From: Bacteroidales bacterium
GTDB taxonomy: Bacteria > Bacteroidota > Bacteroidia > Bacteroidales > UBA932
Length of the DNA stretch: 64,000 nt
Direction: 5' to 3'
NCBI GenBank assembly: GCA_017437825.1
Contig: JAFRXC010000002.1
Location: 14,421-78,420 of the forward strand
Each line of letters opens with the position of its first letter. The stretch's first letter is position 1. The position numbers and the translations under genes were made by a program. Shown piece after piece: positions 1-14,751 of the stretch. Below the pieces are notes generated by a model. The model saw only the letters and a program-made list of their open reading frames with translations. It was not told the DNA's origin and did not search any database.

Positions 1-1
1 T

Positions 2-1219
2 GCAATCTACACATACAGAGGCAATTACCAGAACTACCTAGAGAAAAGGCAGGAACGCATCAGCAACTACAACGCCCAGACGGACAAGGTCCGCAACCTC
101 CTGATGCGCGAACTGGAATGGATCCACGCTACGCCCTGCGCCCGCAGCGGCAAGGCCAAGTACCGCAAGGACGCCTTCCGCGAGCTGCAGGAAAGGGCCT
201 CGCAGGCGCGCGTGGACACCAACGTCAGTATGGACGAGATCAAGTACAACGCGCGCCTCGGCACCAAGGTCATCAACTGCAAGGACCTCTATTGCGAGTA
301 CCCCGGCTGGCCCTGCATCGTGCGCGACTTCACCTACAATTTCGCCCGAGGCGAAAAAGTGGGCATCGTCGGCCGCAACGGCATCGGCAAGAGTACCTTC
401 ATAAACCTGCTGATGGGAATCGTGTCACCCCAGGCCGTAGTCCGCGGCTCCATAGAAAGGGGCTCCTCCCTCCAGATAGGCTACTACCGCCAGGATGGAA
501 TGTCCTTCAAGGAGGACGAGACCGTCCTGGACGTCGTGCCCGACATGCACCTCCTGGGCCGCTTCCTCTTCACCCCCGATATGTACTCCACCCGCGTCTC
601 CAGGCTCAGCGGGGGAGAACGCCGCCGCCTATACCTGCTCACCATCCTGATGAAGCAGCCCAACATGCTCATCCTGGACGAGCCCACCAACGACCTTGAC
701 ATCGTCACCCTGAACGTCCTGGAAGAGTACCTCCTGGACTTCTCCGGCACCCTCATCATAGTTTCTCACGACCGCCACTTCATGGACCGCCTGGTAGACC
801 ACCTCCTGGTCTTCTGTGGCGACGGCGTCGTAAAGGACTTCATCGGCAACTTCTCCGAATACCGCTCCTTCATCAAGGACTACGAGGCCGAGGCCAAGCG
901 CGCCGCCAAAGCTTCCACCTCCGCCAAGGCCTCCGTCACAGCCTCCCGCCAGAGCCCCTCGTCACCCCCGACCCGATCGGGGGTCTCCTCCGCCCCCGCC
1001 AAGCGCAAGCTCACCTACAAGGAACAGCGTGAACTTGAATCCCTCGAGGCGGAGATCGAAGCCCTCACCGCCGAGAAAGCCGCCCTCGAGACCCAGCTCT
1101 CCAGCGGCACCCTCGCCTATGAGGCCCTCCAGTCCACCTCCGCACGCATCGGCCAGATTATCACCCTCCTGGACGAAAAAGAGCTCCGTTGGCTGGAACT
1201 CTCAGACCTCGCCAGCTGA
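2..1219 (+). CDS. ABC-F family ATPase (Uup-like), 5'-truncated by the window edge
   Basis: Frame open from base 2 (YRGNYQNYLEKR linker). Walker A GRNGIGKST, LSGGE signature, LILDEPTNDLD, SHDR; C-terminal KLTYKEQRE coiled coil. Confidence 0.92.
   Translation, partial: AIYTYRGNYQNYLEKRQERISNYNAQTDKVRNLLMRELEWIHATPCARSGKAKYRKDAFRELQERASQARVDTNVSMDEIKYNARLGTKVINCKDLYCEYPGWPCIVRDFTYNFARGEKVGIVGRNGIGKSTFINLLMGIVSPQAVVRGSIERGSSLQIGYYRQDGMSFKEDETVLDVVPDMHLLGRFLFTPDMYSTRVSRLSGGERRRLYLLTILMKQPNMLILDEPTNDLDIVTLNVLEEYLLDFSGTLIIVSHDRHFMDRLVDHLLVFCGDGVVKDFIGNFSEYRSFIKDYEAEAKRAAKASTSAKASVTASRQSPSSPPTRSGVSSAPAKRKLTYKEQRELESLEAEIEALTAEKAALETQLSSGTLAYEALQSTSARIGQIITLLDEKELRWLELSDLAS
961..987. repeat. REP-like palindrome inside the coding sequence
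   Basis: GTC-ACCCCCGA-cccga-TCGGGGGT-CTC: perfect 8-bp arms, lying in the low-complexity linker of the ABC-F ORF. Confidence 0.55.
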
Positions 1220-1298
1220 CCCATCCTCCCACGGCATGTTGGACAAGATGGAGAAACCCGAGAGGGGAGGACGCAGTACTGCGTCCGGACCGGACCGC

Positions 1299-2009
1299 TT
1301 AGAACCGTACAGCTACTCCAATGTAGAACTGCTGGCGGTTGATAGTGGCGTTGTCGCGGATGAGCTGGCCTACGTTGAAGCCGCTGTCGGAACTGCCCTC
1401 GGACTGGCTCTGGGAGCCTTTGCTATTAAGGTTGAGGCGGTTGAACATTCCCCAGTTGTATCCCATTGTGACGCGGAGCATCTTGCCGATGTCGGCTCCC
1501 ACGCCTCCTCCGAGCATCAGATCCATGCTCTCGAAGATGTTCTTGTCGTATAAATCAAGGAAGTCTCCCTTCAACTCGAATCCGAGCACCTTGATGTCTC
1601 CCTTGAGCTTTGAACTTACACCTATGCTGGCGGTAGGGCCTGCGAATGCGAAGAACTTGTTGCCTTGGTAAGGGATGCTGAACATAAACTTGAAAGGTAT
1701 GTCAATGTAGTGCTCCTCCAGCCTGCCTTTAAGCACTGCGCTGGCAGCGCCGATGTTGAGCAGCTTGTCTGCCGAGCCATTAGAAAACTCATAGTAGAGG
1801 CCCGGTGCGATGCTGATGTTGGCTGAAATGGGAATGCTGTAGTCCATTCCGGCATAGAGGCCGTTCATAACGACGGTCCTGTTGATACCTGCAGCTTCGA
1901 TTTTCTGGCTGACAATGGAATATCCTGCGCCTACGCTTATCTGGGCGAAGGCGTCGGTACCTGCCAGCAGGAGTCCTGCGGCCAGTACAATTGATAATGC
2001 TTTCTTCAT
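1299..2009 (-). CDS. Outer-membrane beta-barrel (porin family) protein
   Basis: Signal peptide MKKALSIVLAAGLL, alternating beta-strand pattern, C-terminal Phe. Start moved to the ATG at 2009. Confidence 0.8.
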   Translation of the reverse strand: MKKALSIVLAAGLLLAGTDAFAQISVGAGYSIVSQKIEAAGINRTVVMNGLYAGMDYSIPISANISIAPGLYYEFSNGSADKLLNIGAASAVLKGRLEEHYIDIPFKFMFSIPYQGNKFFAFAGPTASIGVSSKLKGDIKVLGFELKGDFLDLYDKNIFESMDLMLGGGVGADIGKMLRVTMGYNWGMFNRLNLNSKGSQSQSEGSSDSGFNVGQLIRDNATINRQQFYIGVAVRF

Positions 2010-2011
2010 AC

Positions 2012-3049
2012 TTATAAAGATTTTATAGCGTTTTTCAGTATTTCTACGGCTTCGTCGGTAGTAGCCCAGCTGGTGCATAGACGCACTGCGCCGTGCCCGT
2101 CGTCGATTTTCTGCCAGTACTCATAGCCCACAAACTGTGCCAAACGTTCCTGCTGCTCCAGGGAAAGCTCTACGAAAACCTGGTTTGTAGGGCTCCCCCC
2201 GAACAGTTTGAGGCCTTTTGCCTTGACGGCTTTCCTTATTTTCTCGGCCTGCGCCAGAGCGTGCTCGGACAGGCTGAAATACAGGTTGTCCGTGAACAGG
2301 GCGGCGAACTGCAGTCCCAGCAGCCAGCCTTTTGCCATCATTCCGCCGTTCTGCTTTATGTTGTAGCGGAAGTCCTTCTTGTAGGCGTCGTTGCAAATTA
2401 CCAGCGCCTCGCCGAACAATGCGCCCTGCTTGGTGCCTCCTATGTAGAATATGTCAGCAAACTTGCCAAGGTCAGAGGGCTCGATGTCGCACTTGGAGCA
2501 CATCAGGCCGTAGCCCAGGCGCGCTCCGTCGATGAAGAGGGGAAGACCGCATTTATGGCAGGCATCGCTGATCTCCTTCAACTCCTTCTTGGAGTAGATG
2601 GTTCCCAGCTCGGTGGGGAAGGATATGTATACCATTCCCGGCTGGACTATGTGCTCGTGGTTGGCATCGCCGAAGTGGCTTTCCACTGCGTCCAGGATCT
2701 GGGCGGCGGAGATTTTGCCGTCGTCGTTCTTTAGAGTCAGGGCCTTGTGGCCGGTATGCTCGATGGCTCCCGTCTCGTGGGCGGCAATGTGTGCGGTGTC
2801 GGGGCAGAGGACGCCCTGATAGGGCCTCAGCACGGAAGATATGACGGTGGCGTTGGTCTGGGTGCCACCCTCGAGGAAGTGTATGTCTGCGTCAGGGACG
2901 TCGAATACCTCGCGTATGCGGCGTGCCGCGTCTTTGCAGTAATCGTCCTGGCCGTAGCCGGGATTCTGTTCGAAATTAGCCTCCTGGATAACCTGGAGCA
3001 GGTAGGGGTGGGCCCCCTCCATATAGTCGCTGTAAAATAACGGTTTCAC
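2012..3049 (-). CDS. Low-specificity L-threonine aldolase (PLP-dependent)
   Basis: SDY, GYGxD, GGTQTN, HETGA, DGARL and GGTK(PLP Lys) motifs. Confidence 0.9.
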   Translation of the reverse strand: MKPLFYSDYMEGAHPYLLQVIQEANFEQNPGYGQDDYCKDAARRIREVFDVPDADIHFLEGGTQTNATVISSVLRPYQGVLCPDTAHIAAHETGAIEHTGHKALTLKNDDGKISAAQILDAVESHFGDANHEHIVQPGMVYISFPTELGTIYSKKELKEISDACHKCGLPLFIDGARLGYGLMCSKCDIEPSDLGKFADIFYIGGTKQGALFGEALVICNDAYKKDFRYNIKQNGGMMAKGWLLGLQFAALFTDNLYFSLSEHALAQAEKIRKAVKAKGLKLFGGSPTNQVFVELSLEQQERLAQFVGYEYWQKIDDGHGAVRLCTSWATTDEAVEILKNAIKSL

Positions 3050-3942
3050 TAGTCTATGTTCTTTTTGTCAGCTGTCCAGCCTTCTCTCTGGGCTACTCCG
3101 CAGGGGTTGCCCTTGAACATTGCGGCGGCTTTCTCGTCGCCTTTGAGCTGCCACTGCAGCCAGGCGGTGGCCACTACTGAGAACTCTCCTCCGTGATACT
3201 GGGAGTAGGTTCCGCCGTGGCCGACAGGGAAGTTGGCGGCGAAAGCTGGTACGTGATTGATACGGTTGAAGTCGTCCATTCCGTTTGCGTAGGCTATGTC
3301 TTCAGGGCCTCCCAGAAGGTACATCACGGGAGTGTGGATCTGAAGGAGTTTCTCCTTTGCGGGCATAGGCATTCCGGGAACTGCGGTGGAAGGGTCGCTG
3401 AAGAGACCGCTGTTGCAGATCATAATGGTCTTTAGCCTGGGATCCTGGCAGTTGTCAAGGGTCTGGAGGCCTCCGCAGGACATTCCCGCGAGTGCTATGT
3501 TGCCGGTATCCAGTTTATGGTAATAGGGGCTGGAAGGATCCTGGTTGGCTTTGAACACCCAGTCTATGCCTTCGATCTGCTGCTCTGATGTGGACTGGGG
3601 ACCGCGGTAGCGCTCTCCGTTCAGGGGAATGTATCCGGTGGCCACCACGATGAATCCGTGTGAGGCTATCTCGCTGAGAAAGTTGACGTGCTCCCAGGGA
3701 GAGTTGGTGCAGGCGCCGTTGCCCCATACCAGAATCGGGAGTGGATTGCTCTCGTTGAAGGGAGAGAGGTCTGAGGGACGAAGTATGGTATGCGCCTCCA
3801 GGGAGGGTTCTTCCACCATTATGGCTTTGTACGGGCCTGAGCCGCCGTCTTCAACTATTTCACTTTTAGCATAGGTCTGGGCGTTTGCGCCAATGCAAGC
3901 CAGCGCAAAGGCCAGAACTGAGAGTGTTCTGATGAATTTCAT
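3049..3942 (-). CDS. Secreted alpha/beta hydrolase (esterase-like)
   Basis: Signal peptide; WGNG oxyanion region, GMSCGG nucleophile elbow, D and GHGG catalytic candidates. Confidence 0.8.
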   Translation of the reverse strand: MKFIRTLSVLAFALACIGANAQTYAKSEIVEDGGSGPYKAIMVEEPSLEAHTILRPSDLSPFNESNPLPILVWGNGACTNSPWEHVNFLSEIASHGFIVVATGYIPLNGERYRGPQSTSEQQIEGIDWVFKANQDPSSPYYHKLDTGNIALAGMSCGGLQTLDNCQDPRLKTIMICNSGLFSDPSTAVPGMPMPAKEKLLQIHTPVMYLLGGPEDIAYANGMDDFNRINHVPAFAANFPVGHGGTYSQYHGGEFSVVATAWLQWQLKGDEKAAAMFKGNPCGVAQREGWTADKKNID

Positions 3943-3967
3943 ATCGTACCGTGTTTGTTATTGAATT

Positions 3968-4005
3968 CAAATATAATAAACTATCGTTTAAAAAGCGTAT
4001 ATTCG
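3968..4005. promoter_or_regulatory. Divergent Bacteroidetes -7 promoter elements
   Basis: TATATTTG on minus strand (3968-3975) and TATATTCG on plus strand (3998-4005) between divergent genes. Confidence 0.55.
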
Positions 4006-4011
4006 CTTGTT

Positions 4012-5769
4012 ATGAAAAGACTTTATCTGCTTCTGTTTTCCTTCCTCGCAGCGGCTTGCGCAAAGCCTCAGGGACCGCTCTGGCTTGCAGCCGGCCCCGT
4101 TCAGCCCGAGGGAGAGCCTTATTTCGAATACAGGATACTTGACCACTGGGACAATTTGGACGACTCCGTAGAAAGGGGTTACGCAGGGGGTTCCATCTGG
4201 GAATGGACCGCTCCGGAAATACCCGCAGAGCGCATCCATACCTACGGCCAGCTGAACCAGTCCCTGGGAATCAACGGCTCCGTTCTGAACAACGTGAACG
4301 CCAACCCAAAGATTCTGGACGCAGAGCACATCAGGCGAGTGGCCCAGATTGCGGACATCCTGCGCCAATACGGCATCCGCACGTACCTGTCAATCAATTT
4401 CGCCACGCCTATGGCCTTGGGAGAACTGGCTACTGCTGACCCTCTGGATCCTGCCGTGGCGGAGTGGTGGAAAGACAAGGCAGATGAGATATACGCCATA
4501 ATCCCCGATTTCGGGGGCTTCCTGGTAAAGGCCTCGTCCGAGGGCCAGCCCGGCCCGCAGGACTTCGGCCGCACCCACGTGGACGGCGCCAATATGCTGG
4601 CCGACGCCCTTGCGCCCCACGGCGGAATGGTAATGTGGAGGGCCTTCGTCTACGCCGCTACCAGCCCCGACCGCGCCAACCAGGCAGTGGAGGAATTCGA
4701 GCATCTTGACGGTGAATTCCGTGACAACGTAATAATCCAGATAAAGAACGGTCCGGTAGATTTCCAGGCCCGCGAGCCTTTCAGCCCGCGTTTCGGCCGT
4801 ATGGACAAGACCGTCACGATGGCCGAACTCCAGGTGACCCAGGAGTATCTGGGCCAGAGTTTCCACCTGGTATTCCTGGCCCCTATGTGGGAGGAGTTCT
4901 TCGGGGACGTACGCAATTACGCGCGTCTTGACCGCAAGGCAATTGCCGGCGTAGCCAACACCGGACAGGAAGACACCTGGTGCGGACACATCTTCTCCCA
5001 GGCAAACTGGTACGCCTACGGCCGCCTGGCCTGGGATCCTACCCTCACCAGCGAGCAGATTGCCGACGAGTGGATCCACCATACCTTCCTCAAGCCCTGG
5101 TGGTGCTCCAAGAAGCGTTTCGAGCGCGAGTTCGTGACTCCTGTAAAGAAGATGATGCTGGAGTCCCGCGAAGCCTGCGTCAACTATACGATGCCCCTGG
5201 GATTCCACCATATCTTCAACGGAAGCCATTACGGCCCGGGACCCTGGCAGGGGAGCATCCGTCCCGACTGGTCGCCTCTGTATTACCATAAGGCCGGCCC
5301 CGACGGAGTGGGCTTCGACCGCACCGTGGCCACTGGATCCGGCAACACCGCCCAGTACCACGAACCCTTCGCCTCTATGGTGGACAACCTCTCCACCTGC
5401 CCTGACAAGTACCTGCTCTGGTTCCACCACCTCCCTTGGGATTACAGGATGAGGAGCGGACGCACACTCTGGGATGAAATCTGCCTCCACTACCAGAGCG
5501 GAATTGACAGCGTGCGCGGCTTCCTCGACACCTGGGCAGCCGTAAAGAAGTACGTGGACGATGACACTTGGAACAAAGTCCAGGAGCGCCTGGTAATACA
5601 AGAAGCAGACGCCCGCTGGTGGCGGGACGCCTGCGTCCAGTATTTCCAGACTTTCTCCGGAATGAGCGTGCCCTCTGACGTGGCCGCCCCTGAAATCCCT
5701 CTCGACTCGCTCAAGCGCCGTCGCGGCAATCCGCCTGTGCTCACGAGCGACGGGGATTCATCGTTCTAG
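4012..5769 (+). CDS. Alpha-glucuronidase, GH67 (lipoprotein)
   Basis: HWDNLDDSVERGYAG, NNVNA, PDFGGFLVKA, SEGQPGP, QIKNGPVDFQ, QEYLGQ motifs; lipobox LAAAC. Confidence 0.93.
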   Translation: MKRLYLLLFSFLAAACAKPQGPLWLAAGPVQPEGEPYFEYRILDHWDNLDDSVERGYAGGSIWEWTAPEIPAERIHTYGQLNQSLGINGSVLNNVNANPKILDAEHIRRVAQIADILRQYGIRTYLSINFATPMALGELATADPLDPAVAEWWKDKADEIYAIIPDFGGFLVKASSEGQPGPQDFGRTHVDGANMLADALAPHGGMVMWRAFVYAATSPDRANQAVEEFEHLDGEFRDNVIIQIKNGPVDFQAREPFSPRFGRMDKTVTMAELQVTQEYLGQSFHLVFLAPMWEEFFGDVRNYARLDRKAIAGVANTGQEDTWCGHIFSQANWYAYGRLAWDPTLTSEQIADEWIHHTFLKPWWCSKKRFEREFVTPVKKMMLESREACVNYTMPLGFHHIFNGSHYGPGPWQGSIRPDWSPLYYHKAGPDGVGFDRTVATGSGNTAQYHEPFASMVDNLSTCPDKYLLWFHHLPWDYRMRSGRTLWDEICLHYQSGIDSVRGFLDTWAAVKKYVDDDTWNKVQERLVIQEADARWWRDACVQYFQTFSGMSVPSDVAAPEIPLDSLKRRRGNPPVLTSDGDSSF

Positions 5770-5775
5770 CAGTTC

Positions 5776-6975
<1,200 letters not shown>

Positions 6976-7008
6976 TTAGTTTTAGTTTATGGTATAAGTA
7001 TTCAGTTT

Positions 7009-8079
7009 CTACTTGAGGCCTTTAAGGGCAGGGAAGAGATACTTGTAGATCAGGTCCTGCTCTGCCTGGAGGTTGTTGGAATTGGCGGTAACGGCGATGA
7101 CTGCATCGGCGTCAGGATAGACGATGATGTATTGCCCCCTTGCTCCGTCTGCGCGGTATGCGCCCTCGGGGCACATCCACATCTGGTAGCCATAACCCAG
7201 CATAAAGGTGCTGTTCTCAGGAGTGAGACCCCTCTCTGCAGCGTTGTCCGGGCGGGTTCCCGAAGGAACTGAAGGCACCTGGTATTTGGAAGCCTCAGCA
7301 ACCCATTTCTCGCTGATTAACTGCTCTCCGTTCCATTTTCCTTTCTGGAGGAAAAGCTGGCCGAACTTGGCCATATCCTCTGTCTTGAGGTAAAGGCCCC
7401 AGCCTCCGGCGTTGATTCCCTGAGGGCTCTCTTCCCACTCAGGAACTGCAATGTGCAGTTTCTCCCACAGGCGCGGAGTAAGGAAATCGTTAATCTTCTG
7501 CCCGCATAATTTCTGGGCTATCGCAGAGAGCATATATGTTCCCATAGAGTTATAGCAGTACCAGGTTCCGGGAGTCTTTGTAACAGGATGGGCGAGGAAA
7601 GCCGTCACCCAGTCGTCCGCATTGCGGCGGTTAACTTCTGTCTCGTGGCCGCAGTTCATTGTAAGCAGGTCCTTTACGGTCATAGCCTTGAGGTTGTCTG
7701 AAATCTCCTCAGGCAGCTGGTCCGGGAAGAAGTCGATGACCTTGTCAGTCACAGAAAGTTTGCCCTGGTCGACGAGCATACCTATTGCGGTGGCGGTGAA
7801 GGACTTGCTCACGGAGTGCATTGCGTGGGGCTTGTCCGGAGCGGCGTCACCGTACCAGTTCTCATAGAGAACGTCGCCGTGCTTGAGAATCATCAGGCTC
7901 TCGAAAGTGACGCTGGGGTCGGCTTCGTCATCTGCCAGCAAGGAATTGACTGCGTCCTGGATTGACTGGGGAGTCGCAGCCCTTGGCAGGTCTACTATGT
8001 TTTGCTGTTTCTTGCTTGCGCAGGAGCAAGTGAGGATAGCGGCCAGAAGTATGGCCGGAAGGAATCTGGCGATTTTCAT
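7009..8079 (-). CDS. Serine hydrolase, beta-lactamase class C-like, lipoprotein
   Basis: SVSK (SxxK), YNS (YxN-like), LLTM, YGYQxW, ADGARGQ. Start reassigned to MKIARF. Confidence 0.85.
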   Translation of the reverse strand: MKIARFLPAILLAAILTCSCASKKQQNIVDLPRAATPQSIQDAVNSLLADDEADPSVTFESLMILKHGDVLYENWYGDAAPDKPHAMHSVSKSFTATAIGMLVDQGKLSVTDKVIDFFPDQLPEEISDNLKAMTVKDLLTMNCGHETEVNRRNADDWVTAFLAHPVTKTPGTWYCYNSMGTYMLSAIAQKLCGQKINDFLTPRLWEKLHIAVPEWEESPQGINAGGWGLYLKTEDMAKFGQLFLQKGKWNGEQLISEKWVAEASKYQVPSVPSGTRPDNAAERGLTPENSTFMLGYGYQMWMCPEGAYRADGARGQYIIVYPDADAVIAVTANSNNLQAEQDLIYKYLFPALKGLK

Positions 8080-8123
8080 ATAATGCGGATTATTGAATAC
8101 TTCCGTAAATATATGAAAAATTT

Positions 8124-9122
8124 TTACTTCATCAGACGTCCGTTGGCAAGGTTGAGCTGGTAATTGAAAGTCCTTTTCCCCTTGTAATAGAAAAGGATGA
8201 GGTTGGATCCGTTCCTGAAATAAACGTTGTTCAGAAGCTGGTCGGTGTTTTTGTTGGCGCACTCCGGTTCTGCCCAGGCAAGGACGTAGGAGCCGTTGGA
8301 CTTGCGAAGTACCATCACTACGGTGTAGCCCCTGATATTGAACAGCGCCGCATTGTAGTTTGCGGAGGTCTCCTTCTTGGCTTTCTTGTAGGCTTCCACG
8401 AGGGAAGATTCAGGGCTGACGGCGCCGAATGAGATGCTTCCGGCGTTGGACTGCGCCCTGGGATTGTTCTTCAGCCACCACTGTATGGCCTGGTCTGTCA
8501 TCTCGTCGGCGTTGCTCAACTCCACCAGGGATGCGTCTGAAATGAGGTAAGCGCGGGCGTAGTCCAGTTCAGGGTTCAGGGCGCTGGCGACTGCGTCTAT
8601 GTATGAAGAGCCCTCGATTCTTCCGTCTGAGATGTACTTTCCGCAGAACGATACTGCCTGAAGGTTCTCCTCCTCCGGGTTGAAGGTCATCACCGTGCGC
8701 TGCGCTTTCCCGGCTCCGTCTTCTCTCAACGCGCCAAGGACAATTATGTCCTTCTCTCCAATGCGCTCCACCCTTATTCCGTCCTTGAATTCCTTGAACG
8801 ACGTGCCGTCGGCCTCGAAGCAGGGATAGCTTCTCCTGTTGGCCAGCGCCCACTGTCCTGCTTCCGGTGCAAGGGAAACCACGGTCAGGTTGTCGGTTCC
8901 GTCTTCAGGATAGAAGTGGAAGACTTTGGGACCTGAAGAAGTTTCTATGGGAATCGTGAGCCCGGAGGAAGGGCCCGCAAGCGATGTCACCAGCGTTTCG
9001 GCTTCCTCGATTCCGGGAAGCGGAAGTATAACTTCCGAGGTCTCGGCAACTTGTGCGGGAGTGCCGCAGGAAACAGCTAAAACAAGGCCTGCAAGGGCGC
9101 TCAGATATGGTAGTGCTTTCAT
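8124..9122 (-). CDS. Hypothetical lipoprotein
   Basis: Lipobox LAVSC; no recognisable motif. Confidence 0.7.
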   Translation of the reverse strand: MKALPYLSALAGLVLAVSCGTPAQVAETSEVILPLPGIEEAETLVTSLAGPSSGLTIPIETSSGPKVFHFYPEDGTDNLTVVSLAPEAGQWALANRRSYPCFEADGTSFKEFKDGIRVERIGEKDIIVLGALREDGAGKAQRTVMTFNPEEENLQAVSFCGKYISDGRIEGSSYIDAVASALNPELDYARAYLISDASLVELSNADEMTDQAIQWWLKNNPRAQSNAGSISFGAVSPESSLVEAYKKAKKETSANYNAALFNIRGYTVVMVLRKSNGSYVLAWAEPECANKNTDQLLNNVYFRNGSNLILFYYKGKRTFNYQLNLANGRLMK

Positions 9123-9217
9123 AGTGTCGTGTTTTTTCAATACAAATATGCATCCTTTATGCCGAATTTCTGGCATATAATTTGATTTTATGCGGCTGTA
9201 CTAAAAACTAAGCTTTT

Positions 9218-11062
9218 ATGAAAACCATAAGAATGCCTGTTATGTTGGTTGCAGCCGCCATTGTAGCGGTTTCCTGCGACCCGTTCGGTACGGACGGAGA
9301 TGATCCGTTCAGTATCGCAGATCCTTTCCAACAGGGCGGAATGGGCGGAGCGCAGATAAGCGTGACCCCCGCAGATTGTCCTATCAACACTTCCATAGAA
9401 GAATACGCCGGCCAGACGGCCGATGACATTTCCTCAGACGTAGTAGGGGAGAATGAAGATTTGTATTGGGAACTCATAGATGTAAAGGCTAAGAACACTA
9501 TCTCAATCGTTTTCAACGGAGATTCCGTGGAGATAACCAACCCCAATGAGACTGACAATACGGTTGAGGCCGACGGCGCACACGTAAAGATCACCCTTGG
9601 CAAGAAATCCAGGATAAACCTGAGCGGAAGCAGCACCGACGGTTCTGTAAGGATTTACCCCAAGGACGCCGCAGATGCCAGCAAGTTCATCCTCAGCCTG
9701 AACAACCTGAGCCTCGCTTCCAAGACCGGTCCCGCCATTAACAGCCAGGTGAAGAAACGCGTCTACATCCATCTCGAGGGCGAAAACACTCTTTCAGACG
9801 CATCTTCCTACACTGACGACGTCGAGGGCGAAGACAGCAAAGGCTGCCTCTTCTCAGAAGGCAACCAGATCTGGAGCGGCTCCGGAAAGCTTACCATTAC
9901 CGGCAACCGCAAGCACGCCATCGCCACCGACGGATACTTCTATATGCGTCCCGGCCCCACCATCGTGGTGCTTGACGCCGCATCCAACGGAATCAAGGTC
10001 AAGGGAGACAGCGACCAGGATGAATTCGGCCTCGAATATGGAATGTACATTGCCGGAGGCCTCATCTGGGCGCACAACTCCGCTACCGCCGGCAAGTGCC
10101 TGAGTACTGATGCCAATTTCAGGATGACGGGAGGAAAACTCATCCTGGATACCACCGGCGACGCCGAGTGGGACCAAGACGAGCAGGATACCTCGTCGTC
10201 CGCCTGCATCAAGGCTGACGGCCACATCATCATCCACGATGGTGAGATAGTTGCCAAGAGCAGCGGCAAGGGCGGTAAAGGAATGAACGCCGACAGCACC
10301 ATCACCTTCAAGGGCGGAGTAATCACGGCCGCCATATCCGGAGGCCAGTTCGTCTACGGGCAGGAAGATTCCGACCCCAAGGCCATCAAGGCAGAAGGGG
10401 ACATCCTGATTGAGGGCGGCGAAATCAAGGCCTGCTCCACAGGCAGGACCGATGGCTCAGAGGGTATCGAGAGCAAGTCCTCCATCACCATCAGCGGCGG
10501 TGACACCTACGTCTATGCTTATGACGACGCAGTGAACAGCGGCGTGGACTTCAATATGAGCGGTGGAAAGCTGTACGCCTATGCGCTCAACAACGACGCC
10601 ATAGACTCCAACTCCAACATACGCATCACTGGAGGGGAGGCGATAGCAATCAGTTGTTCCCGCGAGGCTGCTTTCGACAACGACAACCCTGGTTCGCAGA
10701 ATGTCTTTGCGATAGACGGAGGCACAGTCTGGGGCCTGAGCGGAACCACCTATTCGCCCTCGGCGAACAGCAAGCAGAGGGCCTTTGTGATAGGAGGCGT
10801 GAGCGCTGAATCCGGCAAGACCCTCGCGGTGAAGGACGCCTCAGGCAACACCCTGGGTTCAATCAAGCTCCCGTCCGCGCTCAGCGGCTACGGCGTAGTC
10901 TTCAGCGCTCCCGGCATCACGCAGGGAACCACTTACAAGCTTATGAGCGATTCTTCTGAATTGTATTCCTTCACCTGCTCCGGACAGGTGACATCCGCCG
11001 GTTCTTCAACCGGTATGGGTGGCCCCGGAGGAGGTCCCGGAGGCGGTTTCGGCAGACCATAA
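9218..11062 (+). CDS. Cthe_2159/DUF4353-like beta-helix carbohydrate-binding lipoprotein
   Basis: Lipobox AVSC; repeated DAIDSN / EGIESK / ITGG beta-helix coils; Gly/Pro-rich tail. Confidence 0.85.
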   Translation: MKTIRMPVMLVAAAIVAVSCDPFGTDGDDPFSIADPFQQGGMGGAQISVTPADCPINTSIEEYAGQTADDISSDVVGENEDLYWELIDVKAKNTISIVFNGDSVEITNPNETDNTVEADGAHVKITLGKKSRINLSGSSTDGSVRIYPKDAADASKFILSLNNLSLASKTGPAINSQVKKRVYIHLEGENTLSDASSYTDDVEGEDSKGCLFSEGNQIWSGSGKLTITGNRKHAIATDGYFYMRPGPTIVVLDAASNGIKVKGDSDQDEFGLEYGMYIAGGLIWAHNSATAGKCLSTDANFRMTGGKLILDTTGDAEWDQDEQDTSSSACIKADGHIIIHDGEIVAKSSGKGGKGMNADSTITFKGGVITAAISGGQFVYGQEDSDPKAIKAEGDILIEGGEIKACSTGRTDGSEGIESKSSITISGGDTYVYAYDDAVNSGVDFNMSGGKLYAYALNNDAIDSNSNIRITGGEAIAISCSREAAFDNDNPGSQNVFAIDGGTVWGLSGTTYSPSANSKQRAFVIGGVSAESGKTLAVKDASGNTLGSIKLPSALSGYGVVFSAPGITQGTTYKLMSDSSELYSFTCSGQVTSAGSSTGMGGPGGGPGGGFGRP

Positions 11063-11096
11063 CGGGCCGTTCTCCATGTTGATTAATTACTTCAAT

Positions 11097-11130
11097 GTCC
11101 TCCCGGTATTCCGGGGGGACTTTTGTTTTA
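11097..11130 (+). terminator. Rho-independent terminator
   Basis: GTCCTCCCGG-tatt-CCGGGGGGAC followed by TTTTGTTTT. Confidence 0.8.
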
Positions 11131-11173
11131 TTATGACTTTCTTCCTAATTTTACATTAGAAAAAAGTAACATT

Positions 11174-14718
<3,545 letters not shown>

Positions 14719-14751
14719 CAGCGTACTAATGAACTAATACAGTAGAAAGAT

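Noticed and set aside
1269-1286. Perfect 18-bp palindrome GGACGCAGTACTGCGTCC
   Set aside because: Single copy between convergent genes; most simply a terminator or mRNA-stabilising hairpin
7009-8079. Antibiotic-resistance beta-lactamase (also the MBL folds at 23439 and 56819, and VanZ)
   Set aside because: Fold-level similarity only; motifs and context fit esterases and housekeeping hydrolases
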